From the NCBI GenBank assembly GCA_043228905.1, contig JBHGNT010000006.1, positions 7,254,001 to 7,318,000 on the forward strand: a stretch of DNA of 64,000 bases, in the 5' to 3' direction. Shown here piece after piece: positions 39,845-53,000 of the stretch (position 1 is its first letter; each line of letters begins with the position of its first letter). A program made the position numbers and the translations under genes. This DNA is from Azolla caroliniana (Eukaryota > Plantae > Polypodiophyta). A model generated the notes under the pieces. It was given only the letters and a program-made list of their open reading frames with translations, searched no databases and was not told the DNA's origin.

Positions 39845-41110
39845 AAATCGGCGGTCTACGGAGGATCCTTCACACCGGTTCTAGAGACTTCGGCAGTCGG
39901 CAACGCGGTCGACGTAAGACCAAGATACTGACGGTGGCAGCGAGGTGACGAAGGCAAAGGGGCTACGGATCGGTGGTCTACGGAGGATCCTTCACACCGG
40001 TTCTAGAGACTTCGGCCGTCGGCAACGCGGTCGACGTAAGACCAAGATACTGACGGTGGCGGTGAGGTGACGAAGGCAAGGGCGGAATGGAGTCTGGTCC
40101 TACGGGATCCCCACACTTAACCAGAGACTCTGGCAGTTCGGCCAACGTGGCAACATGAGACCGAGAGAGAAGGTTGGTGGCGGCGGGAAACGGGACCCGA
40201 CTACGTGGAAGACACGAGGAGAGTCCGGGAGGGACCCAAACAAAAGACACCCGAATTACGGCAGGCATAGAAACGGAGTCCAGTCCTATGGGACCCTCAC
40301 ACCGATCCGGAGACCTCGGCTGATCAGCCGACGCGGCGATGTAAGACCGATGGAGAAGGACGGTGGCGGCAGGGAACGGGACCCGACGGCACGAGGTTTC
40401 GGAAGGAGCTGGTAGGGGCAAACACGGGGAGGTGTGTCAGGCCGGAAAGGCACACCTGGGACAGAACAAGGGTCTCGCAAGTGGCCATTGCGGGCCGGAT
40501 CGAAGCGTGACTACGGGACGGTCTTCGGCGCGGGCGGGGCCGAACGAATGAAGCGGAAGACGGCACAAGGGAGGTGCCGGGAACGAGGTGACAAGTGCTT
40601 AGTGGACTGCACAGGGTCGGAGTCAGGGGATGGCAAGAGAGGCCGGAGGAGGATCCTCCACACTCGCTTCGTAGATCTCGGTAGCTCCGTCGAAGTAGCG
40701 AAGACTGACACGACAAGCCGGGATGACAAGCTGGTGGGGGCGAGGGGACAACGGCAAGCGGAAGGCTCACGACCTATCGCGGCAGCACGAAGACGGGAAG
40801 GGCCAAGTGGGCTACTACGGGGTGTTCCTCGGATGCAAAGGACACCGGTATGCGGGTGAGCGGCGATGCACGATCTGGCCGGAAAGGGGGCCGACAAGGA
40901 ATGCAACATAGGCAGTGCCAAACAACGGACAAGGGTATGCGGCACACGGAGGTGCCGGAGCGGAAAGGCGAGCGCGGAGATAGGTTGCGCGGTTCGGAGG
41001 TAGCGCGGAGAAGGCCGGAAAGGGGATCCTCCACACCGTTCTGGAGACCATGGCAGTACGAGCCGACGCGGCGATGTAAGACCATGGAGAAGGAAGGTGG
41101 CGGCGAGAGG
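39845..41110 (+). repeat. Internal array of diverged ~120-190-bp repeats in element C
   Basis: Near-identical tandem pair at 39845-40085. Related GGATCC..CACAC...GAGAC...ACGCGG.GA.GTAAGACC units near 40100, 40290, 40650 and 41020. Confidence 0.75.
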
Positions 41111-42752
41111 ACGAGGGCAACGCGAAACGACATAGGACGGCAATCAGGACGACGCGAATGATCAACGGAGGCCAAGCGGAGGACATCAGGCATACGACGG
41201 AGCGGAAGTACGCGTACTACGGAGATCGCGGCCGAGGACCCATCGATGGGACGAACGAGCTACAGGGAGGTAAGCGCGAAGGGAGAATCGAGGCCGACGG
41301 GTCAAACCGGCAGCGAGCCGGGACGCGGATCACGGAAGACCGGTTTCTCACTGGCCGAAATCTCTCACCCTTCAATCGGACTTGGCACATACCGGTGGAT
41401 GTGCGGTTAGGTGGGGGCAGATGTTGTGAAGAATTTCGGCCAGAGGTGGAAACCGGGAACATTGGCTACATCGGCAGGGTGCAGCATGTGTACGCACCCA
41501 TGTACATTTAGTGTGAATATCGAGGGCGCCTTTATGGGCCGAAGAGTAGTCAAGTCGGGACAGACGATCCCATGTAAGTCGGGATTTATCCCACATTGTA
41601 ACGCATCCCTCTCCTTGTTCTATAAAAGGAAGGGAACGCCCTTTGTGAAAGGGTTGCCCATTTTGCATTAGAGGGTATACCGTTAGGTTTAGAGATTTTC
41701 TTCTTCTTCTTCTCCCCCTTCGTGTTCGCTTAGGGTTTGCTTCAGCTCATCTCTTGTGCAAGACCCCGCTCGGCGGGACGAGCTCGTGAGCTCCCCGACC
41801 GACGGCTTGGCAGCTGACGACTATTGTAACCTACCTTGGTCCGGCTCGAAGCCGGGAATGTAGTCTTCTGTTTATATATATACATTTGCGTCTGTCTGTA
41901 TATTCGCGTCTCTGTCGGTGTTGGGTGCTTCCCCTTTTCTGCGTTTCCTGTACATAAGGGCGTGAGTCGTGTCGGCATGTGTGTGTATGTGTGTGTGTGT
42001 GCGTGAGTCGGTGTTAAGCGCGCACTCCCTCTCTTTCTCTCTCTCCCTTCGGTCGCTTCCGGTGTTCTTCTGGGGTCCCCTGGAAACGGTGAAGCACGAC
42101 TTCCTACGCTCCGTCACTCCCTGGTCCAAGACCCCCGTGGTCCCGCCTTTCTCCACGCACGCGCGTAACAACGCGAGAGCCCCCAACGACACTTCTTCCA
42201 TTGCGGCTGCAATTGATAGCGTTGAACACAAGTTAGGATCTCCTGAAGGACTTGGAGGTGTTCCGCCCAGGTGTTTGTATGTATCCCGAGGCCAAATCGA
42301 GGGAGGAGAAGTACTTTGATTTGTCGAGGAGGTCGTCGATACGACGAAGAGGATATCGGTCATGGGTGGTGACATGGTTCAGTTGTCGGAAGTCGACACA
42401 AAAACGGTAAGAGCCGTCCCCTTTTTTTACCATGTGTGGCTCCAAGATCCACTTGCTCTTGGAAGGTGTGATAATCCCCAATTTTAGCATAGTTTTGACG
42501 GCGTTGTCGATGCGCTCATGGTCGAGAGGGGAGCGACGTCCGGGAGCTGCGCTGATGGGGTGGGCGTTGCTTGTAGGAATTGTGTGGTGGATCGGAAAGC
42601 GGACCGAGGGAGGCTTTGCAAGTGGTGTAGAGTCTAGATAGTGAGGGAAAGGTGGCTAGGAGCTGTCGGTTGTCATGGATGCACTCTGTCGATGATACCA
42701 GGTACTGTGTGTTGCTTATGTGGGTGGTATCTCGCAGATTAGTGAAGAGCGT

Positions 42753-43787
42753 TGTCGTGAAGATCCGTCACTACGCGCGGATCGTGAGGCGGAACCGCCG
42801 GGGTTCTGGACCAGAAGGATTTAGAGTCGATACAAGGTTTGGCGAGAAAGTACTTAAGATAGATTGGGAAAGAGAGAAGTTGAGATTACACGATCAATTT
42901 GATAACGAATTTCTTCCTCTTAATTTTCATAAAAAAAACCGTGTTTTTCTCCTCCCCCTTCCCTCTTTTATAGATGCTCTCATGCATATGATACATGTGA
43001 GGGTACAAGACATGCATAAATTGCATGTTTGCCATTTGGCGCTTAAGTATTACATGTGGTGCATGCTAACCATGTCACTCATTTTAGCTCTCATGGATGA
43101 GAATTTACATGTAAAAGTACAATGATAGAAATATAATTTCAACTAAATAGCATGGCTTAATGGTAAGCCAATTGACTCCTAACTTGGAGGTGCAAGGTTT
43201 GAATCCATACTTGCCCTCCTTGTATATGTAAATATGTATATATATTTATATATTTATTTTATCTAGTCGCCGGACGCCGGTTCGCCGGATACCGGTGCCG
43301 CCGCCGGATGCCGCCGCCGACGCCGACGCCGGATACCGGTGCTGCATGCCGCCGCCGGATTGCGGTCAAATGCCGTCGGATCACCGGCTCTATCGCCGGT
43401 CCGGTTTTGGTTGGCCAAAACCCTTTTCGAGTAGCTAGCCACCTCCACTCTTAGTTCAAGTTACCTTGAACTCTCTATGCTCCACACATAAACACAAAGA
43501 TAATATCTTTTGCTTCACCTTATATATGATGAGAGCCGTATTTGTCGTGCCTATCTGGGATATCTCACAATTTTCTCTTTTCTTTTCACTAACTTTATAC
43601 CCTCATATCTTGGCATTTAGTTGTCCGTTTCTCGTGTAATAAAGTGCATTCGAAACCTCCATCATTTTGTACTTAGATATTAAATCTATTTAAAATGTTA
43701 TCTTCACAATTATTGTACTACGTGATTCATACTCGATTTCGTACGTTTTATGGGATTTTCACACTATTGCCGAAAATCTTCACGACA
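42753..43787 (-). mobile_element. Element E: solo LTR-like insertion (1035 bp) in A
   Basis: 12-bp terminal inverted repeat TGTCGTGAAGAT...ATCTTCACGACA, 4-bp TSD GCGT, minus-strand TATAAAAA near 42970. Confidence 0.88.
43146..43220 (+). other. tRNA-like (A-box/B-box) module in solo LTR E
   Basis: TGGCTTAATGG with D-stem GCTT/AAGC, and GGTTTGAATCC starting 43 nt later. Confidence 0.65.
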
Positions 43788-44116
43788 GCGTGATTAGAAG
43801 GTGATTGGGGAGGACGAGCTGTTGCGAGGAGAAATCGAGACAGGCTCGACTATGGAGGAACCAATCGCAACCCAAGGTGATTGGGAGCAACTGGCGTGGG
43901 AGGACGTAGAAACGATGTTGGATTTGGGCGGAACTGATGTTGAGCTGCACATGACTTGCATATGTGAGTGGTACAACTACTGTTGGTCGCCGAAGAGGAT
44001 TTTAATGGGTAGTGTGTGGCTCGTGGGAAGTTGCAATTGGGTGACTAAATCTGCATTGATGGAAGAGATGTTGCACTAGAGTTGAGGAGAACTTCTTGGG
44101 TCGTCTGCTGGAGGCG

Positions 44117-44295
44117 GGCGATCGTGGTACAAACGAGACAAGTTGATGGCGTGGAGGCGTGGACGTGTGGGGGAGGCTCGATCGTGGTATAAACGGGAGA
44201 AGTTGATGACGTGGAGGCATAGACGTGTGGGGGTGGCTCGATCGTGGTATAAACGGGAGAAGTTGATGACGTGGAGGCGTGGATGTGCGGGGGCG
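44117..44295. repeat. 60-bp tandem repeat x3 in the gag-protease linker of A
   Basis: GATCGTGGTA.AAACG.GA.AAGTTGATG.CGTGGAGGC recurs at 60-bp period. Confidence 0.9.
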
Positions 44296-45299
44296 GCCCT
44301 CCCTACGGCACCCCATGCATTAGTTTTCCAGGAGCTCAGAGAGGGAGGCAACGTCAACTAATTGGACGTTTTGCTTCTGTTGTTGATTTTGCCACTTTCG
44401 GCAGTGACGCCAGATGTGGCCATAGTTGTTGCAATAGAAACATTTGGGGCGTCCTTGGCTGTCTCTTTCGGGCAATGCATGCTTGGCGCGTAACTACGCG
44501 TTCTGGATGTCAATGTCCATGGGAGTGGCGGCTAGCATAGTGTTTGTATGATCGTGACTGAGATTACCTGGTGTGTGCAGGTCGTGTGCGTCTATGGCTT
44601 CGATGCGTTGGGCGGTGAGGATGGCTTTGTGTACTGTCTTCGGGCACGGCGGCGAAGGTCGTGCCGGATACACGACCAGAAGAAAAACAACTTCATGTCT
44701 TCCGACATGTTGGCGTTAGCCTGACGTAAGATCTGCACAAACTGAACCGCGAACTAGGTGATGGGTTCCCGTGGTTGTTGGGTGATTGACTCGAGTTGTT
44801 GTAGGGCTGTCTGACGGGAGTCCTGATGAGCAAAATTCTGAATCATGGCTGCCCGTAACAGATTCCAGTCATTGTGTGTCTCCTCAGGTTGTTGTACAAG
44901 CCATGTTGTTGCGATATTCTCGAGGAGTGTCTTCATTTCCATTGCCTTCTAGGGGTGTGGCCACTGGTGATAACTGGCCATCATTTTCAAAATGATCCAG
45001 CCAAGAGGGGACGTCTTCCGATGGTAGGCCGGAGAATGGTTTTGGGTGAACTCGAGGGTTTGGGAGATTCTGTTGTGGCTCGGATCGTGCAGAGAGGAAT
45101 GGCAACATGGCTTGGTTAGTATGGTTAACTTAAAATAATGTTGGACAGGGCCGAAACCAGTTGGTTGATTGGCGATGTGAGCTAATGTTCTTGAGTTTGT
45201 TGTTGTAGGACATCTAGATTCATGGAGTTTGTGTTGCCGCCGTTGTTGTCATGTTGCATCGTGGCGTGTGTTGTTGGGGTCGTGAGTTGGGGCTGCTTT

Positions 45300-45316
45300 G
45301 CCCGTCTTCTCCACCA
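45300..45316 (-). promoter_or_regulatory. Primer-binding site of element A (tRNA-Ala-like)
   Basis: TGGTGGAGAAGACGGGC, 3 nt inside the 5' LTR. TGGTGGAGA complements tRNA-Ala 3' ends. Confidence 0.65.
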
Positions 45317-47003
45317 AGATGTGAAATGCTCTCAAAATAGCCCCCTTTCCATTACGTTCTAAGCTACATCTTATAAGCTACTCTTAGCGTGGTGGGTGTT
45401 TTCCCACTCCAATTAGCTCTTCTAATTATCGGGGCTTGGTAGGGGCCTAATTTGGGTGTGGTCAATGTGACCCTGGTTAGGATCCGTGGTAATACCACAA
45501 TACGTAATAGGTAAATATATGATAATAAGTAAACATATAGTACATAATGTTAACCTTTAAATCTTTTATGTATTTTGAACTTCAACATCGAAGATCACAT
45601 GTATGATCATACGAAAGACGCTAATATATAAACAAGTCTACCTCATAGCCTATAAATGATCGTACGAAAACTATCGATTGAGAATCCATTTGTCTAGGAG
45701 TGACCCTAGATACATCCATGTTGTGTACTTTGTATAGAAACTACCCCATATATTCCCTTTCCACTTCTATTAGATGAGAACCATGTTTCGTATATTGCGT
45801 GCTTTATTTAATTGAAACATCCATATTTCATAATTAGTGTAGAGACTAAGTGTATATTAACTCTTAAGTTAAACTTAAGAATATTAGTCTTCCACCATGG
45901 TATGGAGTTGACAAAATAAATGGCTTAAGTGTGAAGCTTCTTATTGGTTTTTTCCATTGAGGGCGACACTCGGATTTCATGGTTAGCTACTTGTAAGGAA
46001 GGGAGCCCCTCTCAGGACTTGGTGGTGACAATTGGAAATGTGAAACAACAGTGCAAGGTAAGAGTTGTGTTGGTTCCTTCGGGGAATGAAATTCTCTCCA
46101 TTTGGATAGTTATGTAACCATGTGCAAGGTAATGCTATTGTAATCCCAAACTTGCCTAATCATCCATATAATCTTGTTGATGGATTAGAAGTCTTAATTC
46201 ATAAAATATATTGTGATCAGTAATCCTTTGACACAACCCAAATGCATTATATTATATAGTGTTTGCATGAATTGGATGAAGAGTTCAATTGTATCATTGG
46301 TGTTATAGTCAAACATGTTAGGTTGCCAATAATCCATTTGTATTAAGTGGGATTGTGGATGGAGATTCTAAATTTTGTGTGCAGGTTTAAAGTGTGTTCT
46401 AGTGACACTTTAATTGGCTAGCTTTCACCATTCCAAAGTTAAGTAACAAGTTTCAATCATACTTGTGTCAATAGAGAAAGATAATGTAGAATATATAACA
46501 ATCTTGATGCTTAAAAATGAGTAAACCACGTTGAATCTTTCATTCAAAACACTTTCTTCTGTGGTCAAGGGCTTCTCTCCTATGAATAGGTCATCAACTT
46601 ATGAAGGACAAAAGTTGTACTGTTGGAGTCATTCCTCACATAAAATAAGTTGCCCAATTTGTAAATGTAAAATCTGATATTGCAAAGGTACTACAGGATC
46701 ATAGAATACTACATCCTTGACACCTACTTGAGGTTGTACAATGGTTTCCTCAATTGGTACACATCACGTAGATTTGATGTTCATCGAATAATCGAAGGGG
46801 CTATTATATGTATACTTCCTCCTCTTGTTCTCCTCATAGAAAGACATTTTTTACATATGTTGGGTGGAGGTTACACTGAACGGATGCATAAGTTTAATCA
46901 TCATAATTAATTTTTGTGTCTAAGAGTATCCCTTCACTATTTGAATTTTTTTGTATATGTATGGTCGCACTTAATCTTGCATCTAACGGTAGTGTCTACA
47001 TAG

Positions 47004-48144
47004 TGTTGGGTCTATCCACTCAAGTGGAGCCCGCAACTTGAAGGGCTGGCTGAGAGCCGAAGGGTCGATTGAGTGTTGGCTGAACATTGCTCAACCGATT
47101 GGGAGTCGGTTGAGCGCCGATTCAATTGGTTGCCGATTCGGCTTGGGGTTGAAAAGAAAAGAAGAAGAAGATATAATTAGCGAAAACTATATTAACATAT
47201 ACCTATTTACAAATATATATATACATATACATGTATATGTGGGATATATATATATATACGTGTGGACAGGTATGTATGTTTGCTTTATTATGCTGTTTTT
47301 GGTGTGTCCTTTTTTGTATATTCAGGTGTGAATACTCTACAAGGCTGAAGGAAGAGGTGCAGATACAAAAATAGTGTGATAGAGAACAAAAAAACAACAT
47401 ATAAGAAACGAGAGAGAGCGCTAAAAAACGAGAGATAGAACTCAAAGATTGAGACACCGAGTGAAAGAGAGAAAACAAAGATAACTCTGAGTATAGAGAC
47501 AACACAGCGAGAGACAATGGTATACACAGAGAAGTGAGAGAACAAAGAGAGAAAAACAACAAACAAAGAGACACTGTGTCTTGAGTACGAGACCAAGAGC
47601 AAGAGCAAGAGCAAGAGCGCTTTGCCGAAGAGAAGAGATCCACGAGGGGCTGTTCGTGACGTACCTCTTATATCAATCCGTATCAGGTTCCTTTGTTCTT
47701 TGTTTTTCTTTCTATTTTCTACTTTCTGTTGATTTATCCACCCAATAGGGTGAAGATAGTAGCCAAGGCTTTTGCCTTGAGGCTAGTTCATTCCCTCTAG
47801 TTCAAAAGTTGAGAGACTATACTTAATTGTAATCTTTGTTGTCTTGTCCACCCAATAGGGTGAAGATAGTAGCCAAGGCTATTGCCTTGAGGCTAGTTCA
47901 TTTCCTCTAGCTCAAAACTAGAGAGACTATACTCAGTTGTAATCTTTGTTGTCTTATCCACCCAATCGGGTGAAGATAGTAGCCAAGGTTGTTGCCTTGA
48001 GGCTAGTTCATTTCCTCTAGTTCAAACTAGAGAGACTATACTCAGTTGTATTCTTTGTTATTCTATACACCCGATTGGGTGAAGGTTGTAACCAAGGCCA
48101 TTGCCTTGACGCAGATACACTCCTCTAGTGAGGTTGTATTCCGT
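47004..48144 (+). mobile_element. Element K: probable LTR (TGTTG start), interrupted by F
   Basis: Abrupt TGTTGGG start, TA-rich promoter-like tract, GA-rich tract, then structured tandem repeats. The other end is not in the window. Confidence 0.5.
47737..48130. repeat. 110-bp tandem repeat (~3.6 copies), each unit with three hairpins
   Basis: Units start at 47737, 47847, 47957 and ~48067. Hairpins CACCC-n4-GGGTG, CAAGGC-n4-GCCTTG and CTCTAG-n6/7-CTAGAG. Confidence 0.92.
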
Positions 48145-50035
48145 TGTCGTGGAGAAAACCGTCCTTACACGTGGGCACAAGTTTTGTTGTATAGTACGTA
48201 GATAGGTACAAGTTGGCTGAGGTGAAATCCTAGGTAGCACGCATTCATTAGGGAGAAAATCGAGGCGTATCCCTGTCCAAAAGGATAGGGAATAAACATG
48301 ATGTAACGGGTGGTAACGGCCTCCCTCCTTGGGATATAAAAGAGTGGGAGAGGTATTGTAAAGGGGGGAATTGCGTTTTGTGGAGGACGAAGTGCTGCCG
48401 GACTAGAACCGAGTTCTTCTCCTCTATTGTCTCCATAGTCGTTCTGTGCAGGTTTTCGGGAGGCTGACTCTGCTCCGCGGAACACCCGAGTGCTTCCGGC
48501 AAAGTCTCCATCTCGTGTTCTGTGTGTCTGTGCACGCGCGTGTGTGTGTGTGCAGGCGTCGGAGCCTATCACTCGCCAACTTGCTGGTTGTAACTCCTTG
48601 ATTTATATATACATATACATTCGTTCTGTCTCCATTGTTCAGAGTTAGTTGCAACTCTTGTGAATCTGTGTGTCTGTGCGCGTGTGAAGTACATCGGTAG
48701 TTTCCTTCCCCTCTTCTCATTCGGTTATTTCTCGGTCCAAGGCCCCCGTGGTCCCGCCTCGTTCTCCACGCACGCGCGTAACAACGTGACATATTTGGTG
48801 AACCCGACGTGAAGAGGCGGCAGAGGAATAGAAAGATGAGAGGGTCAGATCTTGCAGAAGCCATGGCTTCGGTTGTGGATCGGATAGTGAGTGCGCGCGA
48901 AGGCACATGCGCCCTTGATAAGGCTATTGAAGCAGTCGTCGGCACGATAGGCCGGTTCGGTGGGAAGGACGCCATGAGCTATTTGGAGGCTTACCGAGCC
49001 GAAATGGTGATGAGGGAAATCCCGGAGGACAGGTGACTGGCCGGATTCCCTCGGGTGGCGATGTCGGGCATCCATGCGGAGCTGCTTGAGGTACGGGCTG
49101 AGAGTTGGACCTGGGAAGAGTTTGAAGGTTGTCTCCTTGAAAAATACGGGCTTGATGATGTGCTTTGGCTATCGAAGCGGGGCTGCATGGAATGGGTGGA
49201 GACCCCCGAAAAGGGGAGAAACGCGTCGGTGCTCCTTCGGGAGTTTGAAGAATGCTTCGCACGTCTTTCGACGCTGGACCGGACCGTATTGGACACAAGT
49301 CGTCTCCTATTGTTCGTTAAATCGGTGGACGTAAGGGACCGGGAGCAAGTGGGCTTCCTGCTGGAGACGATGACAGCCTAACAACCGACTGGGCCGTGGT
49401 AAAGAGAGTCTACGGTCGTTTTGACAAACGGCGCGAGTGGGCCGATAAAGGCTTGATGGGGGCGGGTTCTGTTGCGACAAGGAAGGTTGAGGTACCCCCA
49501 CCGGTGCGACGGGAAGACACCCGAGACCGGCTCGAGACCGGCTCGACTTCGACTAGCATGGTCAAAGGCTTGTCCGAAGGAGCGGCTCTAGAGGAGCTGA
49601 CTCAGATGGTGAGGGACCTCCAAATTGCACAAGCAAGGAGGGATAGTGGTGAACAAGTCCGTGACCGAAGGCCTCTGGTTGGGAACCGGTGCTTGTGGTG
49701 CGACGCGGTCGGCCACGCTCAAAAGGATTGCGGGGACTTCGCTGAAGCGATAAGAGCTAACGTGGTGTACCTATGGAACGGTCGGGTGCACGCTAGCGAG
49801 ACCCAAAGGGCCCTGGATCGGAATGTCGGACGAGGGGGTATGAAACGGCTGATGGAAGAAGCAACGGCTCGCCACGTGGAGACCGTCCACTACTCGGCGT
49901 TGGCTAGAATCCGGGTCGAAAGTGATGAAGTCCGGAAGAAGAAGGAAGCCGAATCCTGGCCGTTGATGCTGGAAGGCCTCGCCAACGTATGGCTGAGGAA
50001 AGAGGAAGTGGACCATGCGGAAAGATGGGTCCGGT

Positions 50036-53000
50036 TCCTTCCCGGATAGCTGGGAGACGTTGGTTGTCACTTTGGGCAACGCCGGGCCGGAAGGAAAACG
50101 GTTATCCCTAGCAAGAGTAAAGTCGAGCTTGCTAGATGAGGAGGCGCGTCGAAAAGATAAAGATACGAGCTCCGACTCCAAAGCGCTCCTTACCAAATCG
50201 GAACGCGGATGACATAGAAACCGTAGTCCCCAGAACTGGGAGAAGTTAGGGACACGGTCAAAGTCAAGGGGGAGGCCTACTTGCTTCTATTGCGGCAAGC
50301 CGGGACACTTCCAAAAGAACTGTCGGCATTTCCGAAAAGACAAGGAAACCGACGGTACCGATTCGAAGCGGACCCCGGACCGGAATGGTAAAGACCGGAG
50401 GGGGCCGGACCGGAAGGGAACGACGGCAATCGTGGCAAGTGAAGAAGAGTTGATGCTCATCACCGAGGAGAGTGAGATAAACCTTGACGACGACGAGATG
50501 ACCTGGGTGGTAGACTCCGGAGCGTCGTTCCACCTTACCCCGGACCGGAAATGCTTCTCATTCTACTCAGCCGGTGATCACGGCTGTGTCCGGATGGGGA
50601 ATGAAGGTACATGCCGAATTGTTGGCATAGGAGACGTGTGGCTGACAACACCAACCAGATGCAAGTTGCTGCTGAAGGATGTCCGACACGTTCCGGAGGT
50701 TCGTCTGAACCTGATATCAGCCGGTCGGCTAGATGATGAAGGCTACACGGGTAGCATCCGGAACGGTGTCATGAAGTTCAGCAAAGGGAGCCTGATTGTG
50801 GCTCGGGGCCGGAAGGTCAACACACTATACCTGATGAATGCCCGGTTATGTCCGGAAGAAGTGAACGTGGCATCCGACACTACCGGTGAGCTGTGGCACA
50901 AGAGGCTGTGTCATATGAGCGAGAAGGGGATGAAGAGGCTTGCAGACGACAACCTCATTCCAGTGAAGAACGTGCACTTGGAGAAGTGCACTAATTGTCT
51001 GGCCAGTAAGCAAAACCGGACCTCTTTCCGACCAAGGCCACCGATGAGACGTAATGCACCACTGGAGTTGGTGCATACGGATGTGTGTCAAGTAGACACG
51101 AAGTCACATGCCGGAGCGCAGTACTTCGTGACGTTCATAGATGACCACATCCGGAAGCTGTGGGCCACACCGTTGAAGATGAAGGATCAGGTGCTATCCG
51201 TCTTTAAAGAGGTCCACGCGAGAGTGGAAAGAGAAACCGGCCGGAAGTTGAAGGCAGTTCGAGCAGATAACGGAGGAGAATACCGGGGGCAGTTCGAGGA
51301 GCATTGCCGCTCGAAGGGAATCCGGCTCGAATTTACCGTGCCGAAGACGCCGGAACTAAACGGACTGGCCGAGAGGATGAACCGGACCATAATGGAGAGG
51401 GTCCGGAGTATGCTAGCGCATGTAAACCTACCCAAGAAGTTTTGGGCTGAGGCATTGTCAACAGCGACATATGTGATAAATAGATCACCCTCAGTACCCT
51501 TGGACGGAGACACGTCACAGAGAGTGTGGACCGGTAAGGAAGTATCCTACCGACATCTGAAGGTGTTCGGGTGTCTCGCGTACGTGCATGTAGCTAAGGA
51601 CCGGAGAGGAAAGTTAGATCCAAAGACCCGACCATGCATATTCCTCGGTTACGGTGACGATGAGTTCGGCTACCGAGTGTGGGACTTGGTCGACAAGAAG
51701 GTATTCCGGAGTCGAGATATTATCTTCATGGAGGACAAGACACTCGCCGACTGGGAGTCGGAGAAGAAGATAATGAACTCCGAGTCGACCGGTAAGGATC
51801 GACTCTACGATGAGCAGACCCAACTGGCAAGAGACCGGTTAGCACTCGAGGGACCAGCCGGTTACGGTGAGGATACCGAACAGGCTGAAGAAGTAGTAGA
51901 GGAAGCAGAAACCGGAACCGGCCAAGACCCTGAATCGGATTCGGATGAAGAGCAAATGGAGGAGCTGGTTACCGAAGCCCGAAGACGGAGATATCCTCTC
52001 AGAGAGAGAAGGGTGCCCCGGAGATTTCCGGATGCAGAGCATGTTCTGCTGACCAATGAGGGGGAGCCGGAAAGCTTCGAAGAAGCGAAGGATGACACCC
52101 ACAACCGCATATGGTTAAGTGCCATGCAGGATGAGATGGATTCCCTGCATGAGAACCATACGTACGAATTGGTGGAGTTGCCGAAAGGAAAGCGGGCACT
52201 CCAAAACAAGTGGGTGTACAAGTTGAAACCGGGAAATGCCGGCAACCCCCCGAGATACAAAGCTAGGATCGTGGTGAAGGGGTTCCAATAGAAAAAGGGC
52301 GTGGACTTTGACGAGATATTTGCCCCAGTAGTAAAGATGACCTCCATCCGGACGGTGCTGAGTATAGCGGCAAGCATGGACCTCGAGGTAGAATAGCTGG
52401 ACATGAAGACAACATTCCTTCACGGCGACCTCGAAGAGGAGATCTACATGCAGCAACCGGAGGGATTTGTGGAGAAAGGGAAGGAGCACCTGGTATGCCG
52501 GCTGAAGAAGAGCCTGTACAGACTAAAGCAGGCTCCCCGACAATGGTACCGGAAGTTCGATTCCTTCATGACCAATCAAGGGTACCACAAGACGCAGGCC
52601 GATCACTGCATGTTTGTGAAGAAGTTCGAAGGAGGCGACTTCCTGATACTCCTTCTGTACGTGGACGACATGTTGATCGTCGGACGGGACCAAGCCAAAA
52701 TACGGATGCTGAAGAAGGCTCTCAACCGGACCTTCTCAATGAAAGACTTGGGTCCGGCAAGACAGATGTTGGGGATGCATATTATTCGGAACCAGTCAAT
52801 GAAGCAATTATAGCTGTCACAGGAGAAGTACGTGACAAAGGCGCTTCAGCGGTTCAACATGTCAGATGCGAAACCGGTCGGATCGACACTTCCGGCAAAC
52901 TACAGGCTATCCGGTAAGCAAAGCTCAAAGACGAAAGTAGAGAAGGTGGATATGATGAAGATTCCATATGCCTCTGCCGTCGGGAGATTGATGTACGCAA

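Larger units (their letters stand above)
31123..42176 (+). mobile_element. Element C: non-autonomous (gag-only) member of the B/F/G lineage
   Basis: LTRs 31123-32756 (split by D) and 41422-42176 (terminal CA lost). PBS 32761-32777. The pre-LTR tract GGTTAGGTGGGGGC matches B. No pol sequence. Confidence 0.9.
22198..45499 (-). mobile_element. Element A: degenerate Ty3/gypsy LTR retrotransposon, host of nest 1
   Basis: ~180-bp LTRs at 45320-45499 (5') and 22198-22235 plus 28942-29121 (3', split by B). TSD ATAC. PBS 45300-45316, PPT ~29122-29131. Gag remnants 44400-45110 including CFYCNNYGHIWRHC, RT 42280-42650 (YRFCVDFRQLN, LDLASGY), RNase H 30446-31120 (QTDASNVGLG), integrase 29143-30400 (WIGPF). 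No chromodomain. Confidence 0.9.

Noticed and set aside
23105-41671. Many antisense and alternate-frame ORFs over the retroelements
   Set aside because: Expected by-products of GC-rich coding DNA with few stops; no independent motifs.
47737-48130. CRISPR array or hammerhead ribozyme
   Set aside because: The units are whole-length tandem copies with no unique spacers and no cas genes. The minus strand has CTGAGTA...GAAA but not the CUGANGA core.
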